The notes beneath the pieces were generated by a model. That model had not been told where the DNA came from and did no database searches. It saw only the letters and a list, made by a program, of their open reading frames with translations. From assembly GCA_965153285.1 (NCBI GenBank), contig OZ229112.1: a DNA stretch of 64,000 nucleotides. The stretch is one strand, 5' to 3'. Shown here in pieces: positions 35,780 to 47,197 of the stretch. Origin of the DNA: Podarcis tiliguerta. Its lineage: Eukaryota. Each line of letters starts with the position of its first letter. Position 1 is the first letter of the stretch. Both the position numbers and the translations under genes were made by a program.

Positions 35780-36731
35780 ACCCTTCCTGAAAGAAGGTAC
35801 AACATGCTTGGTGCAATCCCAAGCAACCCCCTCATCACTTAGAATTCATACTTCAACCCTGAACTGAAAGCATGCATTTCTAGATGAGCTAGAAATTGAG
35901 TGGCTGCAAATGTGCCCTAGTTTAAGTCCCATTAATGAAACATATTTCTGAGTAAACACACAGAGGATTACACTGTAATCATGGGAAGGAGGGGGCTTAT
36001 TAAAAAAAAAGTCTTTTAAGGGGTTTCAGGTAGGTTGGGGTGTCTGGATGAAAAGGACTTTTGGAACTACTGGTTCTTAGTAGTCCAAACTCTGTAGCAA
36101 TCCATGGAAATTTACCAGTGTAGAATTTGGCCCATCAGTTGCATCCAATCTACCACTCCATTAATACCCAGGTCCAATAATGACATAATCTGGCAGGGGA
36201 CAACTGTACTTACATTCTCTGTTTAAAACAAGTGGAGGGGGGCCGGGCGGGAGGAAGAGTTGGAGGAATCATTAAAACAATGCCTGGCAGTCACTTTCCA
36301 CTTTTGGCTGGTTTTCCCGCTCACAACTCAAGGATTACACAATACGCAAGCAGAAACACAGCACAGTAATTGCAAATGTTTTCATACTTTTGTTGATGTG
36401 ACATTTCCATTTCTTTCCCCCATTCCATGTTAACACATATTGTTGGGTAACCGCAATGGGAGTTCAATTGATGTGGATGCTGAATCTTCCAGATTCTACA
36501 CAGTGTTTCAGTTCCAAGAAAATGTTCCCCATTCTGAACTGTTCTAAAACCCAGGAATCTGATCCACACACTACAAGCTTGCAAGCTATGTAACTTAACT
36601 AACAAGACTGCTGAGAAATCCTGGGCTAGAATGAAAGTGCCCTGTTGAAGGCCCACGCTGATTTTTAAAAAATGCCAAATATTACTATTCATGACCCTAT
36701 AGGAAATATGAATTCTAGCATACTGCACAAG

Positions 36732-36885
36732 TAGGGTTGCCATATTTCAAAAACTGAAAATCCGAACACAGAAGTTGTCATGGGTTGCCATACATCCAGA
36801 TTTTCCTGGACATTTCAGTGATTTCTGCCTGGACACTGTTTCCGACGACCGAATCCCAGTTAGGTCCGGACGTATGGAAACCCTA
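36732..36885. mobile_element. hAT-type (TAGGGTTGCCA TIR) fragments, probably nested
   Basis: Two left ends (36732, 36781) and a right end TATGGAAACCCTA; another right end at about 37802. Confidence 0.6.
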
Positions 36886-37691
36886 GCTAAATAGCAAATA
36901 TCAGATCGAGATTTGCCATGCCCTGTTAAAATGGTAGGCATACTTCATTCTTACACAAGAAAAATAGTCAATTCTGATCCTATAGAGATCAATAGGCAGC
37001 CTCCTCTGTTGGTGGGTCATTTGGGCTGTGTTGCTGCACTGGAATTATGGCTGGCCCAAATGTTTAGACCACAGGAAGACAAATCCAAAGGCGGATGCTG
37101 AGGTGAATGAGGAGGCACAACCACCTCCCATCTTTTACATTTCATGGGTGGAGGCAAATTATATTTTGTGGGTAGGCTGATGATGCTTCCTTACTGCAAG
37201 TGGCTGACATTTCTCTCCCTGAAGGGTTGCATCCCAGACTCTGGGTTGCCCCTGGTGATGTCATGAGGGGTGGTGCCCAGTGATGTCATCAACCATGACA
37301 CATTAAGTATGAACCACAGTCGCAGAGAGCATGTCATTCAAAAAACGCCCCCTCCCGGAAAGTCTAACAAATGAGCAATTATGTTTTTTTTTTTGAAATT
37401 AAAATAGAAACCTTAGCTAAAGGAGATGTTCCTATGACCCCTGGAGAGTCTATGCGATAATTGGCAGCTGACTCCTGCTGGGCTGAAGCTTGCAAGCTGC
37501 ACGCACAGTCTCCTTAATAATAGTAAAGGAAAGAACTCTCGTCCACCTGGAGATTCAAGCCCTCTACCTGCCAGCTGGAGGGGGGCAGGCAAGCAAACCA
37601 GGGCTGGATCTAGAAACATCAAAAAAACGTTTCAGGAAAACATGTTGTAAACCTCATAATGGGAAATCACGTTGCCGAAAGATGGAACTCC

Positions 37692-37710
37692 ACAGCGCCA
37701 CCTGGTGTCA
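37692..37710 (-). promoter_or_regulatory. putative CTCF binding site
   Basis: Minus strand TGACACCAGGTGGCGCTGT closely matches the CTCF core CCACCAGGKGGCGC. Confidence 0.5.
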
Positions 37711-38600
37711 CAGTGTTATAACGCATTTTAAATGCTTTTTCTTTACTAATGTAGCTGAGTCCCTGGAGACTCCAGTTTAGCCGTGGAGGTCTGGAAACCC
37801 TATCCCCATCCCCCATTCGGATGGCCATTCTCCAGCGGGGAGTTGTGGCATCCACACATACAGAAAACTGCGGTCCCAGGGTGTAATGTTTTTCTGTGTG
37901 TGACATCTGCCATTCTGCCCCCACCCCCAGTAATGTCCCTGTGAATATTACAACATGCTCACATTTCTGTTATGGCACACATTTGGCAAACTGCAGTCTT
38001 AGGATATGACAGCATGCCACCCCACCCCCCAAGTGTGGGTCTAAGTGTCATCCATACGCAGAATGTGCTCATTGGCCCCATCTAATCTGTATGGCAGACT
38101 AAGCAAATGCAGAGTTTAGCACAGCAGCAGCCCAATCCTGTGTGTTCTATGAAAAAGGCAGGTGGCTGGCTGCAGAAATGTTCCTTCCCGCAGAGGAAAT
38201 ATCTCTGGATGACTCAAGCAACAGAGAGACACGCCATATGCTACGAAGGGATGCTGCAAACTCTCAAAGTTTCTAGCCAACATGGACCCAGAGGGAAATC
38301 CTTTACCACCCAAGCATGGCAATCGGTCAAATCCCCACAAGCAGCCGAACCTCTCTCTTGAATCCAAACCTGAAAAGTGAGCTATGATTTAACAGAGCTG
38401 AGCCCCCAAACCTGTTCTGAAACAAATCATGAGGCACGGTGTGAAATGAGGGAGTTTACCTGAGCTGATGACACCAAGTGTTTTCCTGTCAGGAAATCAA
38501 CACTAGTCCCTCCCTGAAGTGGTTAACTAGGTGACTAAGCTCCCCTGACAGGAAGCGTGAGTTACAGACAGGTTTGAGACCTGACATAAATTAAACCTGA

Positions 38601-39036
38601 TAGGGTTGCCATATGTCCTCTTTTCCCCGGACACATCCTCTTTTTTCAGGATTAAAATTTCTGTCTGGGCGGATTTTTACCATTTGGCAAAATGTTGGGG
38701 GTTTTTTTGTTTACAGTAACCCAAGATTCCCCCCTCCAGTGCACTAGACTCAGATCTGAGGCATCCAGCTAAGCTAGTCTGCAGCAGAGATCACAAAAGA
38801 GAAGCATCTTAAACTAGTTATGTACTGTATAAATCCCTACCTCTTGTGGCTGAACTAAAGGGACGATGGCTCAGCTACAAGAGTCTGGGAGGGCAAGAGT
38901 TAACACCCGCTGCCCTTAAGGAGAGTCCATATGTACATGTTAAACAGTTTAATAAATTGTTATGTGCACACTTATGGTTACAAAGATGTGGGCATGAGCC
39001 CAAATACTTTCATGGGGTAAGTGAGGGAGCCTATAT

Positions 39037-39083
<47 letters not shown>

Positions 39084-39242
39084 TTGTTGAAAGTTAAGAA
39101 CATTACTATTAGCAATATATCAGAGCTTCTATAGCCTACATATAGTAGGGGTATTTAAAATGAGAGTCTTCATAGTGATCCATAGTTAAAAGCAGAAGTC
39201 GCCAAGCGTGTCCTCTTTTTTGCTCAAAATATGGCAACCCTG
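38601..39242. mobile_element. hAT non-autonomous element, 642 bp
   Basis: TIR TAGGGTTGCCATAT / ATATGGCAACCCTG; perfect 8-bp TSD AAACCTGA; subterminal TGTCCTCTTTT repeats. Confidence 0.9.
39038..39082. repeat. (TAT)n microsatellite
   Basis: About 15 units inside the hAT element. Confidence 0.9.
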
Positions 39243-39300
39243 AAACCTGATAGGAGCCAAGGCTGAAAGCAGAGCTGCAGAATACCTTTAAAGCACATAG

Positions 39301-39537
39301 TAAAGGTAAAGGGACCCCTGACCATTAGGTCCAGTCGTGACCGACTCTGGGGTTGCGGCACTCATCTCGCTTTACTGGCCGAGGGAGCTGGCGTACAGCT
39401 CCTGGCTCATGTGGCCAGCATGACTAAGCTGCTTCTGGCAAATGGCGTTCTGGAAACGCCATTTACCTTCCCGCCAGAGTGGTACCTATTTATCTACTTG
39501 CACTTTGACGTGCTTTCAAACTGCTAGGTTGGCAGGA
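39301..39537 (-). mobile_element. Sauria SINE, 5'-truncated (no tRNA head)
   Basis: TAAAGGTAAAGGGACCCC tail; body stops at GGTTGGCAGGA; TSD TTAAAGCACATAG / TTAAAGCTCATGG. Confidence 0.9.
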
Positions 39538-40125
39538 TTAAAGCTCATGGCTTCCCTCAAATAATTCTGCGAACTCTAGTTCCTTAAGAGTGCCAGTAGT
39601 TCTGAGAAGAGAGAACTACAGTTTATTTAACTTGTAACATTTATATACTGCTTGATTGCAGAAAACCTCAGTCAGTTGTCAGTTCCCAGGGTCCTGGGGG
39701 TGGGGGAATGTACTTCTGTGAACTGCCCTGAGATTTTATGAGGAAGGGTGGTATATAAATAAAATAAAATAAATGGTGTGGATCTGTCGTTAGTTCTCAT
39801 TGAGGTGAAAAACCTTTGTGTGTCGGCTGCCCCACTTAAGATTGCATATGAAGGTTTAGGCGATTGACTGATCATTGCTGCGTAATTTTAAAATAACAAT
39901 AATCCTGCACATAGGAATTTAGAAAGGCAAGGAGAAAAGGTCTAGCCAAGAATACTCCCACATGCTTGTTTCCTTTATGTAAGGAATTGGTTTTTTGTTT
40001 TGTTTTTGTATAAATCATATGAGCTCCCATCTGCAGTATGAAAGCGGTACAGCTGAAACACAGGTTTGCTATTTCAGTAAGAATTAGACCATGGAAAGAG
40101 GATGTAATGTCTTATCTGTCTTGTT

Positions 40126-40133
40126 GTGTATGT

Positions 40134-40206
<73 letters not shown>

Positions 40207-40224
40207 AGACAGAAAGAGAGAGAG
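40126..40224. repeat. compound (GT)n(GA)n microsatellite
   Basis: Direct observation. Confidence 0.95.
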
Positions 40225-40915
40225 AATAAACAAAGTACGTAGTTTGCCTAAAGTAGTCTCACTCTTCCTAACATAAAATAGAAATAGGGGTGTGTTTATG
40301 ACTTAGCCAGGCAAGGTGATTTTCTGCAAATTCCCTAAGCATAAGTGCAAAATAAACATATACAGCTCACAGCTAGCAGGACCTATCAGGATGATGGTGA
40401 CAATGAATTCCAGAGGAATACGTAATGATGAGCCAACTGAAATGGTTGCCAGTTCCACACAGAACTTCAGACTTGACGCCCGGGGAAAACAGAGTCTGCT
40501 CTTTCCACTCTATGCTTTGGACAACATGTTCTTTTTGTTTAATCTGGGACACACACACACACACACCCCTTCAGCCAATCCATCTAAGCTCTCACACATA
40601 TTATTTCAAGGGCTGTCCATACGATGTAGCCAGATTCAAAATGAGACTTCAGTATCAGGAAGATGACAGAGAAAGGAGGAGCTTTTCAGGCTGATGAATT
40701 ACGAGACAGCAAATCTCCTCCCCCCCCCCCGCTTTTTTGTATTCACATTTGTGATGCTCACTTAGGAAATCTTGTACCAAAGACTGACCTCCTTACAACG
40801 CGGTGGCAAAAAGAATTCAGAATGGGAGCCCAGTTACTTCACTGGCATCTCTCTCCTAACCTTTTACTGAACAGGAAGTGTGGCTGCAGATATGAACATA
40901 TAAAGCCATCTTAGT

Positions 40916-41175
40916 GATCCATCTAGCTCAGAGACGATGTCTACACCGGAGGTAGGGAACGATTGGCCCTCCATGTTTCTGCAGAACTCCTGTCCACCTC
41001 CGCCAACAAATCCCTAACTACTGGCATGCTAACTGGGGCTGATGAGTCCTATCACAGGTTCCTCAACCCTTCTTTAGACTGACTAGCAATTCTCTGCAAT
41101 GCCAGGCAAGACACCTTTCCCATTCCTACTTGAAGATGCCAAAGTTTGAACATGGGGCCATTTGCATCCAAAGCA
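40916..41175 (-). mobile_element. tRNA-Ala-like SINE interrupted by a degenerate hAT MITE (about 40947-41071)
   Basis: TCCATCTAGCTCAG..GTCTACAC [MITE] TGACTAGCA..AGATGCC..GAAC. Confidence 0.55.
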
Positions 41176-42693
41176 CCCACATTATCATTAAGCACATTAG
41201 GCACTCTATCCTTATAGCACAAACTCAGCCATGGCCTGTCGTCTTCCCTGTTGCGTCCTTTAACCAACCCTGAACCCTGCCTGTGCTTACACAGCAATAT
41301 ACCGTAAGCCCGCATCACAGGGTTTGTGAGCTGATCATGGTAACACACAGAAACCAAAATAGCACTTCATGCAAACCAGTTTGCCCTTAGCTCTCAATCC
41401 CTGCCTGACTGGTTAGAAATTGCCTCCAATGATGAATTGGTTGAGTAATATTCTACTGAAACCCAGTAAAACTGGCACCCGTAAAAATGGTGATTATTTG
41501 TACTCACTAAACATGGCATAACTATGGATTGTTAGCATTATTATTAAGGGCATTTTTAGGTTGATTTATACTCCCCAGAAATGGAGCTATACGGGATTTA
41601 AATGTTCTGGTGTGGATGCTTATTTTAATGAGCAAGCATTTATGGAACTCAGTTCTGGGGCAATTCAGGAAAGCCCCACTCCCAACACCTTTTAAATGAA
41701 CTCTAAAGGGGAACTTTTTAAATAATCTTTGGGTTGATTAAAATGTGAGGTAGGCTGTGGTGGTAGATGGTTGGGCTATGCATCCAATGCTGATTTCAGC
41801 CTGTTTCATTCTATGCCAATGATAGCAATGGGATTTTAATTTTTGTACTTTGCTGATCATTATCGATATATTTTAGTGCCTGTAAACCATGTTCTGAAAA
41901 GCGGTATCCTGAGTCTTTTAAATGAATAATTAACCAAATAAATAATAAAGCTGGATGCTACCCATTCACCACTTTTTGTAGCAGGGAAAGAAACAGAATG
42001 TCCTGCACATTATCCTTAGACTTGGGCTGGGATGTTGCTGGACTGCAACTTCCATCGGACACAGCCAGTCAACAAAGCCAGTGAGTGGTCAGGGATGATG
42101 GGATGTAGTAGTCTAGCAAAATCTGGAGCGCCAAAGGTTCCCATCTACCATGGAAGGAGCATCTACCATGCTAGGCACCACTAACGTCAAAACAGGTTAA
42201 CCTTTGTGCATATACAGTGTGAATCAATCACAATGAAGTCTGTGATATGAAGAAAGGAAATCAGTGCAAATGCCTGAAATTCTTGCTGTACCAGCACTTA
42301 AGGGCTTATCGTGTAGCGTAACAACAGCTATACACGAGCAATACCCCTCCAACCCATACGTTACAGTTTTACTGCTTAAGTACAGGTCACCTCAGCTGTA
42401 AACAACCACATGGAAACAATATAATGCTCTATGCACTACCATACAATCAATAATTAACAAGAAGGCTTTAAGTAATTGGGCAGATAAGATGAACATTTCA
42501 AACTGCCAAGAGAAAAAGCGTCATTGTTCCAATCAAAATGCTAATATTTCCAAGTGTACAAGCTGATTAATACAAGCTATTCCAAAGGTTGCAAATCAAT
42601 TCCAGTTACCCTAATAAAATCTTATCTTCATTAACTTCTCTCTTCCTTTATGAAATCTTACTTGTTGGGAATTTTCAATTATTTGTTCATGTA

Positions 42694-42935
42694 CAGTGGT
42701 ACCTCAGGTTAAGTACTTAATTTGTTCTGGAGGTCCGTTCTTAACCTGAAACTGTTCTTAACCTGAAGCCCCACTTTGGCTAATGGGTCCTCCTGCTGTC
42801 ACCATGCCGCTGGAGCACGATTTCTGTTCTTATCCTGAAGCAAAGTTCTTAACCTGAAGCACTATTTCTGGGTTAATGGAGTCTGTAACCTGAAGCGTAT
42901 GTAACCTGAAGCGTATGTAACCCGAGGTGCCACTG
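42694..42935 (-). mobile_element. Tc1/mariner MITE family A (reverse orientation)
   Basis: TA|CAGTGGTACCTC..GAGGTGCCACTG|TA; body is the reverse complement of 32725-32966. Confidence 0.9.
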
Positions 42936-43559
42936 TATTGGCTAATTCAATTCATGCAGTTTTTTAAATTTAAATAAAGATTTGTGCCAAATCTTCTATG
43001 TACCCAACAAATACCTTATTGGGTGGAGGCATGTGGTCATTAGTATGAAAACGCATCCCCAACTGCTTCTGTCCCCCCCACCCCACCCCCCAGAATAGAC
43101 TTGATTCATCACTGAACACAACATGTGTGTATCATCACTCCCCACCAACCCCTGAAAGGTGATAGAACTTCATAATGAGTTCAGTCAGGGTATGTGATGA
43201 TCTCTACATAGCAAAGGAAGTCAAAGCAGTGCCTTTCAAATGTTTTCATTCACTCTCATCTTTCCTGACCATTAGTGGTCCTGGGTGGGGTTGATTTGAG
43301 TTGCAGTGCGCAATATCTGAAGGGCACAGTGCTGGCTACCCCTGCCTTGTAGAGTTTAAGGCATTCTCAATGACCTCTACAGTGGTCCTGTGAGATAGCC
43401 CAGCTTTTATTACCATGCCAAAGGTGAGGCATGTGACTGTGGGTGAGTATGGCTTTACCGTTCGGCAATCTCATGGCTGAGTGCCAATGAATCCCATTTT
43501 GCAGCTCTACTGACTAACTTTGGTTAACTTTCCTGTGTTAAATGTGCATTCTGTAGCCG

Positions 43560-43920
43560 ATCTCCTACGTAATGTTTTATTTCGAAATCTTTTAAAAGGT
43601 GTGTGTTATTGGGTTGTTCTTGTTTTTATTATGTATTATGTATTTTTATATTGCGATTTTATCCTGTGAACCGCCCTGAGACCTGCGGGTATACAACTTT
43701 AGACCTGCGGGTGGTATACAACTTTAATAATAATAATAATAATAGTTTCCTGTTAATTATGTTGCTTTGAATGTATACTTTATATGTGACTTCCTTTAGG
43801 GATGTTTTATTCTGGCTTGTTTTATTTGATGTTTTATTGTGTTGTAAACCGCTTTGAGACTTTTCCTTAAAAATATAAAGCGGTATAGAAATGAAATGCA
43901 TCGAAGTAATAATAATAACC
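43560..43920 (+). mobile_element. two tandem L2-like LINE 3' tails
   Basis: TGTGAACCGCCCTGAG..(AAT)n and TGTAAACCGCTTTGAG..GCGGTATAGAAAT; the first carries a 22-bp internal duplication (43679-43725). Confidence 0.65.
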
Positions 43921-44390
43921 ACTACACTACAACACTTAACGAATCCTTCTAATCCTGGATTACCTAGTATTACCAAGAGAATAGTGCTTGTCCTGTAAGA
44001 TTTCACAGGAAATATAGATTTATTTATTACTTTTCCAAGTGAGTTGGCGGGGAGAACTCTCCATACAGCAACCAGCAGTTTTTCAATCATCTCGCTGTAC
44101 GTTGCCAGGGTGACTGATAAGCCTGTTTGTTATTACCTTTTGCAATAAAGGATGTGTTTAAAAGTGTAGTGAATAGGCACATACTGTAAAGCTTTTCTTT
44201 GATGTTCACATCTCTCTGTGCAAACGAGTAGAAGGGCACTTACCCATGGCTGAAATAATCCACGTTTCACATCACTTGCCCAATCCAACATGAATCCTCA
44301 GAACGATACAGAAATTTCTTTTTGGGAGGGATGGTTTTGCACCAGGGCATGAAATTAATAGATGGGGATTTGGCCATGCATCACATTCTC

Positions 44391-44744
44391 TGGTTCCCAA
44401 TTAGCAAAGTATTGTGGACCTCCTGTTTTTTCAAAAGCCATGGACCCCCTACTTTTGAAAATGCTGATAGCTCTGAAGTAGTTTTTGTTAGGTGAATGGT
44501 ACCATCATACCTTCCAATATGTCCCGGTGCAAAACCAGGCCAAGCTCTTGATCGAGTCATTTAACCGACTCAAGAGCACAGTGCCCAAAACACATGCTTT
44601 GGGGTGCAACGATCTCACATGTTTTTGGGTGCCGTGCTCTCACTTGACAGCATGGCTCCCAAAATGTGATGTCCCAGACAGTTGATGGGTATTGCCATGG
44701 AGCCCCTGGGTGGGTTACCTGGACCCCCCAACTGGGAACCATTG
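44391..44744 (+). mobile_element. hAT-like non-autonomous element
   Basis: TGGTTCCCAATT..AACTGGGAACCATTG inverted ends; left end matches the fragment at about 33677-33734. Confidence 0.6.
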
Positions 44745-45136
44745 CTGTAGCTGCTTCTGAGAAATTTGGGTGAGGGACTGACAGTAACAGTCACCTGTTA
44801 TGTGAGGCTTGGAGAGCTGACATTTTTCAGCTTAGCCCCTATGAAGCCTCCACCACACCTCTCTGCCAAGACCTGCAGATTGTCCAGCTACCCAGGCGAA
44901 GTGCCTTGCCCTACCAAAGCATCTGGAGCCACCTGACTCTGGTTGCTAATTAACACATGCTGGAATGTTGAGGGTGGCAGGAGAGGATGTACTGTTTATG
45001 AATATACTTCCTAACTTGCGCTAGCAAGTTCCTTCACTTAGCAGAGTGCATTCCCCTTCTTACGCAGCAAAAAGCTGGTTGTAAACTCGTGTGAGTTTCT
45101 TAAGACAATAAGCAATTCAATCTGGCTTGTCCAGAT

Positions 45137-45993
45137 TGAGATATGTTCTAATATACTAATATTCCTGGTAAGACCCCTTTTGATTCCCTCCTAAAAGAAT
45201 AAACACACCACAGTCTTATTCATAAGTAACCAAAGAGTAGTTTTACTCACCATCAGGCAGAGCACAGTGTGATCCCTGAAGGCAGGCTTTAGGCTTAAAG
45301 TTACAAACATGTTCAAACAGGTTTGCCCCATATGGGAGACAACCTGGGGAGACTGCTTGGCTGGCAGCCAGCAGTACAGGAGATTCGCAGGTCGAAAGAG
45401 AAGATCGAAGAGAGAGCGGTGGCAGTGTGACTGGACATTTTGTTAAGTCAGTAAGGTCACGACCACCTACTAGTCACATGGAAGGAAGGATGATCCAGAC
45501 CAGGAGGAACAGGAAGTTTTGACTGGCTGAACCAAACATTCCCTTGCATGTCCACAACAGGAAAACAAGGAATGTTGTACTTGACTGCTCCTGCAGAAGG
45601 ACGGGAACAGAATTCTTTTCAGACCTCATGGGGAAGCTTCCAGGGTTGGAGGAGGCCAAAGGAGGTCAAAGGATGTGAATCTTCCCCTTTGTACCATATC
45701 CTAGCTGCACAAAATTCTGAGGTTTCTACACCCATTCATCCTCCATCCCAGGCACTATCACAGTTCCAGGAAACACTCCAGCCAGGCAAAAGCTCTTGTG
45801 GAGGGTGCAGAGAAGGACCAGAGAGTGGTGTGTCCTAGTGAAGGACAGATAGAGACCTGGGAGGCTCCCAGGACAGAGGTTCCCCAACTCTAATCTATAT
45901 CCTGGGCAGTGAACGTTTCCCATCATTGCCACCTCCACTCCAGGGCCTTTGTAAACCACCTTTAGAAAAGAATCTAACGCTTATTATATATCA
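45137..45993 (-). mobile_element. possible solo LTR
   Basis: TG..CA with imperfect terminal IR (TGAGATAT / ATATATCA); minus-strand GGTGAGTAAAA donor and polyA-like motif; no clean TSD. Confidence 0.35.
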
Positions 45994-46199
45994 ATTTGGA
46001 CAGTTTGAAAGCACAACATGTGGCACTCTTAACGGCTCCAGGCTTCCACATCAGGCAAAATCCAGGAATCCTATATTTAACACAAGCGGTGGAGTGCAAT
46101 GGAGCTCAGACTAAAAAGCCACAGCACAGTTTGCTCCAGGCCTAGAGCAATGGCACCAGGTGCTCTGGAGTTTGCTTTTTCTTTCTTTCTTTTTAAAAG

Positions 46200-46307
46200 A
46201 AGTTTGGCCACCAGGTGCAAAAGTAAAAACTTATCCTTCTGCACTAAATGGACCGGCTCCATAATAGAGAATGACAGCTGTACTCGAGTTTGGGCCAATT
46301 GCCACAG
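46200..46307 (+). other. candidate 108-nt exon (unverified)
   Basis: Long pyrimidine tract TTTGCTTTTTCTTTCTTTCTTTTTAAAAG| and consensus donor CAG|GTGAGT; one open frame. Confidence 0.2.
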
Positions 46308-46740
46308 GTGAGTATCATGCAACTGTTTTAGCGGACGAGGTGTGGGCTCAGCAGATGCAATGAACATTTTGATTCCAAGCGGGTGGCTCAGCATTACTGT
46401 GTGTTAAATACAGAGATAAATAATGCACAACTTGGAAAGAGGCAAAGAGGCCTTGGATCAAGCCCATTGCCAACATGTTATTACAGCAGGGCTGGCTCAA
46501 GATCCAGGAGATCCTGTGTCAGTCCAGCCCAGAGTGAAACTTCGCTTCTGCCCAAACACCCTGGTGGATCACAGATTTGGATTGTTCGGCCTGGCTGCAG
46601 TCCGAACCCCAGATACCGAGGAGTAAGCCCCATTCAATCAAACGAGACTTTTCTTCTAAGCAGATGTGGGGAACACTGCACTCTTCATCTGGATCCAACC
46701 CAGATGTCTATTTGTTGCCAGCCACTTTTAGCACTACATA

Positions 46741-47081
46741 AAGGTAAAGGGTAAAGGGACCCCTGACCATTAGGTCCAGACGTGGCCACTCTGGGGTTGA
46801 AGTGATCACCTCGCTTTATTGGCCGAGGGAGCCAGTGTACAGCTTCCGGGTCATGTGGCTAGCATGACTAAGCCACTTCTGGGCACCGCACGGAAATGCC
46901 GTTTACCTTCCCGCTGGAGCGGTACCTATTTATCTACTTGCACTTTGACGTGCTTTCGAACTGCTAGGTTGGCAGGGACCGAGCAACAAGAGCTCACCCC
47001 ATCGTGGGGATTCGAACCACTGACCTTCTGATCGGCAAGTCCTAGGCTCTGTGGTTTAACCCACAGCGCCACTCGCGTCCC
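46741..47081 (-). mobile_element. Sauria SINE, near full length
   Basis: Head GGGACGCGAGTGGCGCTGTGGG on the minus strand; TSD TTAGCACTACATA / TTAGTACTACATA. Confidence 0.93.
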
Positions 47082-47116
47082 TCTTAGTACTACATATTTG
47101 TCGTAAATGCAGTAAA

Positions 47117-47197
47117 TCATAGAGGCTCATGTCCCACACAGGGATCAAACTTGCAACCTTGGGGTTTTCAGCAACATGCTCTAACCAGCTGTGCTAC
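47117..47197 (-). mobile_element. tRNA-derived SINE remnant
   Basis: Reverse complement TAGCACAGCTGGTTAGAGCATG..AAGGTTGCAAGTTTGATCCC. Confidence 0.55.

Noticed and set aside
40425-40440. ATGATGA..CTGA box C/D-like motifs
   Set aside because: The boxes are only a few nt apart and there is no terminal stem; not a snoRNA
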